A stretch of 64,000 nucleotides of DNA from assembly GCA_951406725.2 (NCBI GenBank), contig OX597814.1, forward strand, positions 115,754,001 through 115,818,000, in the 5' to 3' direction. Positions 38,691 through 52,269 of this stretch are shown here, piece after piece. The stretch is from Octopus vulgaris (taxonomy: Eukaryota). How positions within the stretch are numbered: position 1 is the stretch's first letter; each line of letters begins with the position of its first letter. A model generated the notes under the pieces. That model ran no database searches, was not told where the DNA came from, and saw only the letters and a list, made by a program, of their open reading frames with translations. Both the position numbers and the translations under genes were made by a program.

Positions 38691-39543
38691 TGTCATCCAA
38701 TCCTTTCTACTATAGACACAAGGCCTGAAATTTGAGGAAGGAGGCTAATCAAGATTCATTTTGAGGATCTGATTGAAGACTTTGCAATTAAAAAAAAAAT
38801 AGGAGAAAACTTCAAATACTTATAAAGTAAAAGTAAACAAAAATTAATTATTTTCCATCTTTTTTTTTTTTTATGCACCCTTTTCAAGCCTTGCCAGGCT
38901 CATGGACCTGGTTTCCTGGTTTCTATAGCGTATGTGTTCCCCCAAACTGGACAAGACACCAGTCCATCGCAGCGTTACTCAAGAAACAGGAAGAAAGTTG
39001 GGGCGAAAGAGTACAACAGGGGTTGCCACCACCCCCTGCCGGAGCCGTGTGGAGCTTTTAGGTGTTTTCAATAAACACACACAACGCCCGGTCTGGGTCC
39101 TCCGACTGCGAGTCCGCTGCCCTAACCACTGAGCCATTGCTCCTCCAGCAGTAAGATTCTCCATCTTACTGCTAGTTTTATTTCATTTTGAAGAAAGAAA
39201 ATTATGATTTATCATTATTTATATTTTGAATTACGAATATGAGTGGCCTGAATTTTTTTTAAATGTTTAGGGCCTTTATGGGTCTTAATCCGGCACCAGG
39301 TAAAACATTAAATTGTATGATAAAGGACAAGCACAAGTGTCTTACTGCAGAGCAGATACATGGTTGCCCCAGATAGAAAAGAAAGAGGATGATGGCAAAC
39401 ATATGTCAGGGCCTACCCTCAAGTTAGAGGAAGATGAACATAAGTGGTATGATGAGTTCATGGGAGTGTAAGGTGAGTGACAGAGAGAGATGGGGCTAGA
39501 AGGAAATGAAGTGGGTGGTGAACATGGTCAATTGTGTATAGAC

Positions 39544-40113
39544 CAGTGATTCTCAGTCAGGATCCATATGGCCCTTAAAGGTCTATATAAGAATTTGTTG
39601 TTAAAAGTTATCTGCAATAAATTGGTTATACTTCGACAATACTCTTTTACTTGTTTCAGTCATTTGACTGCGGCCATGCTGGAGCACCCCTTTTAGTCGA
39701 GCAAATCGACCCCAGGACTTACTCTTTGTAAACCTAGTACTTATTCTATCGATATCTTTTGCCAAATCGTTAAGTCACAGGGACGTAAATACACCAGCAT
39801 CAGTTGTCAAGCGATGTTGCGAGGACAAACACAGACACACAAATACACATATATATACATATATACGACGGTCTTCTTTCAGTTTCCGATCTACCAAATT
39901 CACTAACAAGGTTTTGGTCGGCCCAAGGCTATAGTAGAAGACACTTGCCTAAAGTGCCACGTAGTGGGATTGAACCCGGAACCATTAATACAATTCTCAA
40001 TAATATTTAATTATAAAAGCATGATTTTTAAAAAAATCAAATAGCTAGGAGAGTACATCCAGGTAAAATAGGAACTAAGGGGTCCATGAGTAAAAAATGA
40101 TTAAGAAACACTG
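39544..40113. mobile_element. hAT-type MITE containing a SINE (39640-39984); other hAT-like copies ~6448-6738 and 30092-30373
   Basis: CAGTG...CACTG ends and 8-bp TSD GTATAGAC/GTATAAAC. Confidence 0.65.
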
Positions 40114-41145
40114 GTATAAACCCTAATCTTCCAAGCACTAATAATCCATGGCAGGCAAAGCACTCAATAACTCCAGAACTATTAAAAAGATTGCTTCTGA
40201 TTTTGTTAAAACCTGCAGGTGGAGTAAGACCCAAACTAAAAAAAAGAAAAATTGCTAGTAATAAAGCTCCACTAAGAGCAGGCTAATATGAGTTTTATGA
40301 TCAAGTTTCGATAAGGATGATCGTAATTGAAATTTAGAAGTAGCTTATCAATGTTTAAACAAGACCATGAGTCAAAACACTCCATTTGATAAGAAGCAGG
40401 GAGAGATGGAAGACAATGGCGATAATAATGATAACAAATAAGAGGTGGTAACAAAATGGTGAAGAAAATGAAAGAGTAAAGTTAATTGGGGATTAGTGTA
40501 ATAAGGTCAGTCTTCAGAGAAAACAGCACCAAGCAATTTAACATTGACTAGAGTTGCCCTAATGAATAGTTTGTCGAATATGTGAGATAGTGTTCACTTG
40601 GGAAATAGTTGGCAAAAAATAATCAAAAGACGTGTCTTCCTACGGACAATATAAAGAACCAAGAGGATTTGTTCTGAGTGTGGTTAAATAAAACTTCTTG
40701 CATGGTGATCTGAAGTTTGTGTCCTAAATAATATGCGCTTTTCATTCTCTGCCGTTTTCACTTTCATTTGTGGCAATGCCATACGTTACTCAAAAGCACC
40801 ATAAATCAGTAAAGTAGTTCTGAAACTGACAAAAAACCACGCCCTGCCCACCAAAATATTAGAAGAATCCTTTGGTATCCCGCCCTTACATCTAAATGAT
40901 ACTTCTTTCTTTGTGATGGTGTTGCACAAATTCAAAATGTTGGAAATCCTCTACATTTTTATTGAACATGTTAATTTGCCGGATTGTAAAAATTTACCAA
41001 TTTGCTTTACCCCATTTCAAATCTTCAGTCTCCTACCCTGCCCTAGAGGCCTGGTCACTTCTATGGGAAGGGGTACCCTAAATTGTTTAACAAGTTACTA
41101 CTAAATGATGATAACCGAACGAATACCCAATGGGGAATCTAAGTA

Positions 41146-41690
41146 ATGGATTTCATGAGATACGTCTGTAACAGACGGTGTAAGGATCACAAAAATTCAA
41201 ATAAAAATCTACACATCGGTGGATTGGATCCAAATAACTGGGGATCGGATACTATTACTCCCGCTGAAAAGAAATATTACTATCGCTAATATGCTTCAGG
41301 TGTCTGGTTAGATGGACTTTGGGTATTTGGTGGGGATAATACGACGAGACTCTGAAGGTATGTCAGATTGTCGGGTTATTCCTCATCTACCCATTGTCAA
41401 TTAACGATAGACCTATCGTTTGTTTGGATAACCGGCTGTCTCAGGTGGGGGTTAAAGCCATGCTTAAGTGTTTTGGTTACGATAGGGAAAAATTTTGTAG
41501 ACACTGGAAAATTTGCTTGACCGTACACAGGGAGCCGAATCAAAAAACAGTTGAAATGAAGAAATGGGACATTACAAAGTCCCATTCTTAGTTGTTTCAG
41601 TTTAAAAGAACATGGCTAAATGACATATTTATACTAGAAGATGGAAAGGGTTTCAATAACATTTACTAATTTTATTAGCGATTGGAGAAA
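41146..41690 (+). pseudogene. Highly degenerate Merlin (IS1595/ISXO2-like) transposase remnant
   Basis: In-frame DFMRYVC...IGGLDPN...KKYYYR*YASGVWLDGLWVFGG, then after frameshifts NFVDTG...SRIKKQLK*RNGT. The motif order matches Merlin transposases. Confidence 0.55.
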
Positions 41691-42258
41691 AAAAAAAAAA
41701 AAAAAGGAAAAGCTATAATGCAATAAATTAGCAATTGGAGGTTAAAATTGCTTTTCGTTGCTAATACTATATTGGCAGTATTCGTATATTTATTTTCATT
41801 TTTAAGAATATAAACCGTACGCAAGTAACGTGAAAATAAATAAAAAAAAAAAACTGGGACAGCTAGAAAAGATATCCATGTATTTGTTCTTATTTAGAAC
41901 GTTAAGCATCAAGATCGCCGACAAAAATAGTAATAATAACAGATCGAAGAATGTGTATAATAAGTTTGTTGTGAAGATTTTGTTGGCATGGGTACAACGA
42001 GGACAACGGAACAACAGAGATAAATTAAAGAATGTTGACAAAGATAACTAGATTAGTGGGACGTTGGGGGGGGGGGGTAGTAACGAAATAAGGAACACTG
42101 GAAGGGAAGATTAATTAATATTGAAACTTGGAGTGAAAAAAATTACTCTGAAATAACTGCAGCTGAAATAACTACAGGGGTGAGTGTATATAAAATAGCA
42201 TATATGTGCGTGTGTGCTATAGATAAACAAATCTTTCATAGATTAAGAGTTAAAAGAA

Positions 42259-42306
<48 letters not shown>

Positions 42307-43493
42307 ATAAATAATATTAGGGTAATAAGAATTATAGAAATTATTATTGGTCTAGGAACTAAATTAGATGGTAAACGTTTTTAATTTTCATTCCTTTCGA
42401 GAATTTATCCCTAATTAGTTTGAATTTTCTACTGCTCTTTCTAGCACAAGGCTTTCCTATTTGGAAGCCTCTTAATGTGTTTTAATGTACACGATATTTA
42501 TATATATATATATAAATTTCAATTAAACTATTATGATTTCTAAAGTTAGTTATTTTCTAATTTTTCTGTAAAACTACATTTTCCATTTTTTTTTTAAGAA
42601 TTCAATGTAAATAAAATGCCAAACCGCTTCATTCAAAAATACCATCTACGCCCTTTCAATATTAAAAAATCAATTATAAACACTGTCTTAATATAATAAA
42701 GATCACTCCCCAAACATACGCCCTATGGCCAGATAAACATTCAAACAGAATACTTTGTATTATAGCTGATTTCATATCTTAACTATTATTCAAATTATAT
42801 AAAAAATTCAAATATGAATTAAAGAGAGGGAAAAAAAAAGATAAATTAATTACTTTTTACCAAGAATCCGGTTCAGCAAGCCGGTTGTTGAGTACATAAC
42901 AAATCATAATACCTATCCAGAGAAACAAAGATTCAGACATACTTCAGAGTTTCCACCAGTATTTTACACCAACACCGAAACGAACCAACTTTTTATACGC
43001 GTATTTTTGTTTTATATTAACGTTTCATATATTTGGCTTCTACAGCCTGTAATATACTTTTCTTTAAATGCAAGAAATTAAACAAGAAATAGATTACAAA
43101 CTACAGAATTTTCTCAAGAAAGTCAAGAGAAAAAGATGTTTTATTTGACACATTCTACCAGTATACGAAGTTTAAAAGTGTTTAGTTACAAAGAAATTAC
43201 TCAAAAAATCTGCCGGTCAAAGCGAAAAGATCCCTGTGTATTACTGTCTGAATTCAAAATCTGAAGGAATCTTCTTTATTTTTTTTTCCATCCTTCTAAG
43301 CTCCATGAAATAAATAACAGGACTGCGGTCTCGTTCCAATTGCGTGTCATCCTTCCGTAAGTATCTTCTAGCATAGCTTCAAGTAGACCAACACTGTGAA
43401 GGAAATTCAGTTATCAAAAATGATGTGGAAGCATGTTGGAGAGACTGCTGCTGTTCGTAATAAAATTAACCCGTTGCCCAAGCTAACACTACC

Positions 43494-44701
43494 ATCTTTT
43501 CGGTTTGAACGGCAGTTTTTAACATAATTTCTAGGTAACTAAAAAATTTTAAACTTCGTATACTGATAGAATGTGTCTATAAAACATCTTTTTCTCTTGG
43601 CTTTATTGAGAAAATTCTATAGTTTGTGAGATATTTGTTGTTTTTTTTCTTCAATTTCTGCAATTTCAACCAATCACTGACGTCTATTGAGGTAAAAAAA
43701 ACATTTTGTGCAGTATGAATATGTCCCCCGTTTAAGAAACAGATTGGGTTTATTTACATTTGTGAAGAAAAAAAGATACCCTTCCCCCACCCCTAACCCT
43801 CCTAACTAACCCTAACCCTAAAACAGATTGAAATGCAATAGATCGATACTAGGGTCATAATTATGGGTGACAATTTGGATCTTTTCCTTTTGAACGGCAG
43901 TTTTCAACACAATTTCTACTTAACTAAACACTTTTAAACTTCGTATACTGGTAGAATGTGTCAAAATAAAACATTTTTTTCTCTTGACTTTCTTGAGAAA
44001 ATTGTAATTTGTAAGTTTAACGTAGCTTAATTTTTCGAATTTTAACCAATCGATGGCCTATATTGATCTAAAATCATTTGCTGCGTCTAAAACTGAGACA
44101 ACATCCTGTCACTGACCCTAACCCTAACCCTAACCCCAATCCTAACACTAACCCTAACCCTAAATTTTAGCCTTTCGGTTTTTTTTTTCTTAATTGTTAA
44201 ATTAATTTAATTGTTACGCGTGTGTCTAAAATTATTCGTTTTGTTTTTGTTTTGAGATACACGTGTATTGTTTAAACTATTTTCCATTGCTTAAGAAAAA
44301 AAAAAAAAACGAAAGGCTAAAACGAAAGCAATGGAAAATAATTTAAACAATTAACAAACAAAATAATTCTATAATTTTATACACACGCTTTCCGAACTTA
44401 AACATAACAGTGACAGGATGTTGTCTCAGTTTTAGACGCAGCAAATGATTTTAGCTAAATAGAGGCCATCGATTGGTTAAAATTCGAAAAATTAAACTAC
44501 GTTAAACTTACAAATTACAATTTTCTCAAGAAAGCCAAGAGAAAAAAAAATGTTTCATGTTGACACATTCTACCAGTATACGAAGTTTAAAAGTGTTTAG
44601 TTAATTAGAAATTGTGTTGAAAACTGCCGTTCAAAAGGAAAAGATCCGACAATTTCAAATGACACCGCTAGAAAAAACTGCCGTTCAAACCGAAAAGATC
44701 C
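43494..44701. mobile_element. Nested Merlin-like MITEs; inner element 43877-44647
   Basis: GGATCTTTTC...GAAAAGATCC TIRs. The inner copy is flanked by the 8-bp TSD GACAATTT (43869-43876, 44648-44655). (CCCTAA)n tracts inside. Confidence 0.8.
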
Positions 44702-45944
44702 ATCTTGTCTTTAGAGAAGTCCACTTTACAGTAATCATTCGGATCAGGACTCCAGTTGGAGTATAACTGTTTCCTTCTTCTCAGATGCCCTGGAAAGAGT
44801 CATGAACGCTACGCTTTCTCCTCTGACAAATCCATTAAAATTTGATTAAAATTCAGAATTCGCAGAATGTATTCTAATCACAGGGAACAAGCAAGCCATA
44901 AGAACATATATAAACACAATAGACTACGTTTATTTTTTTTATTACTATTTCCATTCATTAAACAATATACCGCCTACTCGAGCTAATGAAGAAGTCTCCA
45001 CGCGGTCACTGGATCTGTTAAAAGTTGCAGCAAAATCTGCCAAAATTACATCTCCCAGACACAGTGACATAGTGTGGGGTACGCGGACCTCACAGGGTAA
45101 TTTCTTGTTCAAATATATGTTGAAGCTATGTTACATTTAGGGAAGAATTGGCCAATATAGCTACCGCTCAGGGTAGCCAAAACCCACGCTACGGCACTGC
45201 CCAGATAAACAGAAAAACAGGATGGTCATATCTCGAAGTCCTTTTTGGTTATTAGTCTTCTCAATAGGAGGTAGCCTAGACTGAATAATACAACATGTAT
45301 GCTGTGTACAATAAACAGAATAAACATTGGCTTTGTACCGAATAAAAAATATTACAACTTAGACGGCGAGCTGGCAGAATCGTTAACAAGTGGGCAAAAT
45401 GCTTAGCAGCATTTCACCCGACTTTATGCTCTGAGTTCAAATCCCGCCCATAACGACTTTGCCTTTTATTTTTTCGAGGTCATTAAATTAAGTACCAGCC
45501 AAGTGCTAGGGGCCAACGTAATCGATTAACTCCTATCCGCCCAAACTGTTGGCCTTGATGGTCTAGAAACAATCTTAGACGAAGAAACTTTATTGTACCA
45601 AACAAGCTACAGATCTTAATGAAATGTGAAGAGGGATCGATTGCCATACAAAATAAACGTTTTGCCGCATTCGTTAACATCTTTTCAGCGTTTTTATTCG
45701 AATTTTACCGTGGTTGAGTTTGATCTTTATCCTTCCAAAATCGATAAAATAAATACCTCTGAAGTACTCTGAAGTACTGCGGTCAGTATAATCGTTTATA
45801 CTTATCCCTGAAATGTTTGGCCTTGTTCCCATCTTTAAAATTCATTATTAATTCATCAGGAGCATTGAACTGATCACGGCAATAATTTATTGAAATCATT
45901 GTTCAATCTAACACAACAGACAGGAAAAATACATTTAAAGATAT

Positions 45945-47204
45945 TGTTACGGTTGGCTAAGTGCATTTCGGGTTTAATTAGTGTAGTGTTTCTGGTGACC
46001 CACATAGGAATAATGGTTCCAGTATGTCTGGTGAAAAGTGACGGGTCCTTTGTCTAGTGGGAGATTAATGAGACCTTTCTGACCTTGTGCGGTCGATTGG
46101 AGGTCATTCTAAGCACCCCTTGAAGAAGTGAAGAGGAGGACAGATTAAGGGAATCTAAGAGCAGATGGAGAGGGTATTGACAGTAGGAGAGAAGGACAGG
46201 CAGAGAGTATGGTAGAGCTGTCATGAGAGAGATAGAGTATAAGACTAAGGGACAGTTAGAGAGGGTATGAGCGGTACAGAGGGAGATGAGGGAGTGGAAG
46301 AAGCACAGAGACGAAGTGAGGTCTTGGCAGTCGTTGAGCGGTCGTCGAAGAACACAGACGGATCTTGCAGTCGCTGGCCGGTCCTCGAAGAAGACAGACG
46401 GACTCTGGAGGTCAGAGCGAGTGGATGGAACCTTGGATTTAAGGAGCAAGCGTTGGAATTCCTGGGAGCGAGCTGGGATGCGAGGAGGCCTAGGGGCAAG
46501 CGATTGGAATATGCAAAGAGGGGAATTAGCAGAGTATTCAGAGGATTTGGCAGTATTCAGAGATGAGTGCAGAATGGGACACTGGCGATTCAGTTAGGAA
46601 TTAAGGTATGTGTTTGTGCATTGATATGTGTCACGGTGTATACGGACCGACAGAAAAGAACAGTCAAGGACTCTGTCGATGTGGTCGATAAAGGACATTG
46701 TGAATTGAGTAAAGGACTTGTTGATTGTGATGTTCAGAAAGAGACTTTGAAGGAACTGTGTCTTCGGACGTGTACTCGTGAATTGTTGTGATACGAACAT
46801 TGTATAATGTATCGAAGTGTTCTGATTGGACTGTGACGTATCGTGAACATTATTTGATCTGGACTTGTTGTGTCGTTACTGAACACTGTTATATTGTTAC
46901 ATGCATGTTGTTAAATGCTTTGATCTGTGGTATACCGTATGATGTATTGATTTGTTGTTTGCCTTAAATGCTTTGATGTTGTAACAATTGTAATTGTCGT
47001 ATAAACTGTTGTTTGAATATAAGCCAGTGTCTCTGTTGCCTTGCCTCTTTGGGTTGTGTCTCGGGTTGTGCCTCTGTATCTCTGTGCTGCTGAGGTTGTG
47101 GCAGTATCTATCTGTATCTCCTCTCTCCGCCTCTTTGGGTTCCGTGGCGGAACTTGTGTGAGCCGTTCGGGGCGGGCGACGACGGGTGATTCCGTTCCGT
47201 AACA
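45945..47204. mobile_element. Solo LTR (Gypsy-like), 1260 bp
   Basis: Termini TGTTACGG...CCGTAACA. 4-bp TSD ATAT at 45941-45944 and 47205-47208. No internal coding region. Confidence 0.8.
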
Positions 47205-48958
47205 ATATATTCTTGTGCTGGTTACAGTCATCGTCGTAAATATAGTGAAAGTAAACGGTCCCTAAAAAATAAAAGTATATAGCAATAGAAGTCGGAAGTA
47301 ACATCCTGTAACTTCATGTAATCCATACATATATTTTATACAAGACGAGCAAAACGCTCCCTGTCCAATAGATGATGCTGAGTTGTCAAACATTTAAACC
47401 AAATTTTCTCAAAACAACTTGTCCAGCCGTCCCATAGGCCTCCCTTTTGAAAAACACTGATTTAACCAAAATTTGAGACACCAGCAAAAGAAGAAATAAA
47501 GATAGATTTTTTTTCCATTCCAAAGAAAAACGATTTTATTCACACAAATATGCAACCGAAGGGTTTAAAGTACCAGTAATGATAAGGTTGTTGACTGGGA
47601 GAACACAAACATGGTTTAAATAGTAAGCTTGGCAGGAAAGAAACGTGCCTTTAAGCAGTACAAAAACAACAAAAAATGGAAGGTGCAGTTATGTACAGGT
47701 TGACGGAAAAAAAGCAGGACAAAAACGGCTTTATCGATCGCATTCTCACCTGGAATCGATTTTTGTAATTTTTTTCAAGACTTATACACGCCCTGATACC
47801 CATTTCGGATCTTTTCTTTTTGATGGACGGAATTTTCTAGTTAACTAAACAATTTGAAACTTCGTATACTGGTAGAATGTGTCAAAAGAAAACATTATTG
47901 TAAACAAAATTGGAAACAAAATTGTAATTTCTAAGTTTAACAGATTGAAATGCAATAGATCGATACTAGGGTCATAATTATGGGTGACAGTTTCATATGA
48001 CACCGCTAGAAAAACTGCCGTTCAAACCGAAAAGATCCGCTCTGAATTTTTATTTGTAATATTCTGAAATAAAATATATTACTCTCTATGTTGCTCGGTT
48101 AACAAATATCGGTTTCAAATTTTAGCACAAAGTCAGCAATTTCGGGAGAGCAGTGCTCAACTGGTACTTATTTTATCGACCCCGAAAGGATAAATAACGA
48201 AGTCAATCCGGCGGAATTTGAACTCAGAAGGTAAAGTCAGAAGAAACGCGACAAAGCATTTAGTCCGGCGCAGTAACGATTCTTCCAGCTCCCTAACTTT
48301 AGGTTTGCAAATATTCCTGCAGCGCTGCATTAAGCAAATAAGCACATGCTTAGGGCATCAAAAGAAGGAGGTGAGCACCATAGAAATGGTAAATGGTTTA
48401 GGCACAAACGAAACCACTGTAACAGGATGTAAGGTCTGTAACACTGGATGGGTGCAGCTCTCAACTTTTACATAAAAATATTAATCGAAGGAAAGAGTCA
48501 AGACTTCCGATTAACTTCAACAGCATAAATATTTTATTTCTGGATTCGCAATATATACATTCTTCTTTCGGGGCGAATCGGCAGCCTAGGAGCTCGTCGC
48601 AGTAGTCAAGTGGAGTGAGCTAAATCCTGTCCGTTCAAGCATAGCGTAGCAACGCCACGAGGTAGCAGCTTGAGAGAGCTGCTAAAACACGACCGTCCTG
48701 TTCGGCTTTCTCTGACAGCAGTTTTACATTTTCCAGATACCTTTAACTAGGCCGAAATAATGTTTTCACTACTTGACCCTTTCTAACCTCTTCTACTTCA
48801 CCAAAAGCTAGAATAGATAACAAGACCACCAACTAAATCTATTATTTTCAATGATATATCTATCCTTCTGGATCTTTATATAAGCAATCACACCCCAAGC
48901 AAAAATCAGTTAGTGACCACTCAGTGATACGAGGGAAATTTTGCTGCTGCTAGTTTTC

Positions 48959-49043
48959 TGCGCATGTGCATAAGGGAACTTCCGACAGGCCTCCCGGAAG
49001 AATCCAACTCTGCGCATGTGTGCTAAAGATTTCCAAGATGGCG
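48959..49043. promoter_or_regulatory. Housekeeping-type promoter motif cluster (NRF1-like x2, ETS x2, YY1)
   Basis: TGCGCATGTGCA 48959-48970, ACTTCCG 48978-48984, CCGGAAG 48994-49000, TGCGCATGTG 49011-49020, CAAGATGGCG 49034-49043. Confidence 0.55.
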
Positions 49044-49386
49044 TCACTACAACACTTTAAACACGCTAAAATAATATTCAGGAAGCTTTATCTCTACTAA
49101 GTATAGAAGCAGACGCGTTATATAAGATTCGTTTTGAGGATCTGATAAAAAAAACTTTGCAATTTAAAAAATGTTGTAGAAAACTTTCCAAAATCGATAA
49201 GTTGAGAGTATCGAAAAATGAACATTATTTTCTATCTTACTGTTAGTTTTATTTCATTTTGAAGAATGAAAATTTATTTTATGGTTCATCATTATATATA
49301 TTTTGATCTACATATATATGGATGGTACCAAAATCTTTTAAATGCTTAGGGCTCTGTATTTCTCTCTAAATAAATCAATATATATA

Positions 49387-50218
49387 TGTAACGACAAAAT
49401 TTGGTTTAGTAAACATTATTATGAAGTTGATAGTCGGCTGGTATGACGATAAGAGTTTGTTATTATGGTTGCATACTGTAGGATGTGCGAGAGGAACAAT
49501 GCATGAAGTTTAAAGAAAGTATTTATTTACCGTTACGTTACAGTACCATGACTCGACGGGCAGGTTATGATAAATCCAAAAGCATGCGAAAGTTAGATGC
49601 GGTAGAATGTTTGAGTTTGGGTTCTCTTCATTGTTTAGTAGTAGTTGCCGAGACAGATAGAATGATGTAAGAGAACAGAATTAGAGCTAGTGAGAATTGT
49701 AGGGTGTGGGACGTTGCTGACAGTAAACTTCATTTCTCCCTCTGACCAATGTTCTAGCTGGTCAGCCAGACTTCGTTCTCACTGAGTGGTCACTAACTGA
49801 TTTTGTTTGGGGTGTGATTGCTTATATAAAGATCCAGAAAGATAGATATATCATTGAGAATAATAGATTTAGTTGGTGGTCTTGTTATCTATTCTAGCTT
49901 TTGGTGAAGTAGAAGAGGTTAGAAAGGGTCAAGTAGTGAAAACATTATTTCGGCCTAGCTAAAGGCATCTGGAAAATGTAAAACTGTTGTCAGAGAAAAA
50001 CCATTGTTCCATCGTGGGAAAAGTTCTGTAGCAGGGTTAATTTAAATTTGGCTGTGGTGGATCGAATCCACTTCATGCATGCAAGATCCACTACATATAT
50101 ATATATACTGAGATGTTTCAAAATGCCTCAACATTGAAGCTAGAACTATCTTGTAATAAAATTTATTTTGTTTGGAAAGGTATTATATTAAAAAACATGG
50201 AATAGGTTTAACGTTACA
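49387..50218 (+). mobile_element. Probable solo LTR
   Basis: TGTAACG...CGTTACA termini, imperfect TSD (TATA/TAAA), internal TATATAAAG near 49823. Confidence 0.5.
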
Positions 50219-50833
50219 TAAAGGTATCTTCTGCTGAATGTATTCCAAACGGGAGCGTTGGTGAATTTCAGACTGTGCAATGTGAAGCAACAGTAGCGCA
50301 TCTGACTCCTTATCAAAAGGCTGCATGCTCAAATCACTCCAGGGTCATAATAGATTTTTAGGTGCAGGTTTGGCTGGATGGTTAAGAAGTTCGTTTCACG
50401 TCTACGTGGTTTGGACCAGGCCGTCCAATGCCTTGTGAGTGAATCTGGTAGATGGAAACTTCGTGAAAGCCCGTCGTATGTATGCAAAGATGCATATTTA
50501 TATGAGCGCGTTCGCATTTCTTTGACTCCTCATGGCGTTGGTTTGTTTACGACTCCGTGACTTAGCTGTTCGGTAAAAGGTTTCGATAGAAAGATTGCCA
50601 GCCACTAAAGCAAACTTGTTCGGTTAAACCGCTCAAGGTGATGCTCGAGCATGGCTGCAGTCCAATGATTGAATCAAGAAAAGAATTGCTATTCAGTTCG
50701 AACCCATGACAGCTTTGAAGCAAATACATTACAAGAAAAGTTTAACGTAAACAGGAATTTTCTGTTGCATTTCAAATAGACAATTTGTTAACGAACAAAA
50801 CATCTTGAAAATATTCATATCGTCATAAACCGA

Positions 50834-51167
50834 TTATTACCTCCGCCTTCGCTAAGGCGGAGGTATTGTTTTCACTTGTGTTTGTTTGTCCGTGGACAAG
50901 ATATGTCAAGAACCGCTGGATGGATTCGGATGAAACTTTCAAGGATGTTTGGCCTCGTGACTGGCACGAACTGATTAGATTTTGGAATCGATCGTTTTTC
51001 TTTCACTTAATTTTTGAGTGCAGTCGAGTTCATTTTTAGTATTCTCGTTTGTGAGAGCAGTCGAATTTAATTCAAATATTCTCATTTTAAAAATCATCTC
51101 TGGCTAATCAGTGAGAGGACGTTGGTGTTGCCTTGTCAGAGGTTTGCACTCTCCGAATGCTCATGTT
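50834..51167 (+). mobile_element. Helentron/DINE-1-like non-autonomous element
   Basis: 5' TTATTACCTCCGCC with hairpin partner GGCGGAGGT and a GTTT/GTCC microsatellite. 3' GAGGTTT plus a short GCA..TGC hairpin. Ends in T-rich sites. Confidence 0.6.
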
Positions 51168-51260
51168 TTCTATTGAACTAGTCCAAAAAGAAAGAAAAAA
51201 AGTGAAGTTTAATGAGTGAACTTTGAACTGGCCCGTTTTAATACTACGCATTTTCGGTTG

Positions 51261-51404
51261 AAACACACACACATACATACATACATACATACATACTCAC
51301 AAGCACATACACGCACACACATACACACATACATACATACATACATACATACATACATTCATACATACATACATTCATAATACATACATACATACATACA
51401 TACA

Positions 51405-51437
<33 letters not shown>

Positions 51438-51811
51438 TTGTAACACACCGCCAAAATACTAATCTCGAGAAATTAGGCTTCTCAAAACCAGAAAGGAGAA
51501 AGCTAATTCGAAGACTACAGATCCAATCCATCACCGGAACTAAAAATCTGGAAAACTTTCCAGAAGTTTATATTCTAAGTATATATTAGCTTGTGTAGAT
51601 ATGCAGCTATATGCATGAGAATACATACGTAAAGTAAAACATACAAATCTGCACACCTTCATGCATACATACATACATGCATACATACATACATACATAC
51701 ATACATACATACATACATACATAATACATACATACATACATGCATGCATACATACATACATACATACATACATACATACATACATACATACATACATACA
51801 TACATACATAC
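51261..51811. repeat. (ATAC)n microsatellite blocks (51261-51436, 51661-51811)
   Basis: Direct inspection. Confidence 0.95.
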
Positions 51812-52269
51812 AAAAATAGCTTGTTGATGTTGAAATTCCAATGAAGGAACCTTGGTTCTAGGTCAGAAACTGGTTCCTTCTCTATTGGCAAGAAATCTTG
51901 AAATAAAACTGAACAATCCCATTCATACATGAAAGAGCCTCTTGTTGGTTTTGGAGCGAGAGAAGGGAGTTAAGCCTGAAGCCAGGAAATGAGGAGCAAT
52001 GATCGGGCCACTTCTGCTGACCCACCAACGGGAGCGTGTTTCGATTTGGGGTTGAAACACCCGATGAGCGTTGGATATCGTCTGATGACATCAGTTCCTC
52101 CTGATCAAAGCTCTATTCACTTAGGTGAGCGGAAAAAACACCTCATTCTAAGTGTTATTAACACACGCGCACGCGAACACACATACACACAGAGAAAGAA
52201 AGACAGGAAAAATATCAACTTTAAGTGCTTCGATTGGCCGCACATCACAAGGTTCAACAGAACCTACTG

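Noticed and set aside
46054-47304. Several ORFs of 84-135 aa
   Set aside because: They fall within or overlap the solo LTR and show no gag/pol motifs.
51836-51890. CCAATGAAGG...GAAACTGGTT hammerhead-like remnant
   Set aside because: No CUGANGA box; too degenerate to support.
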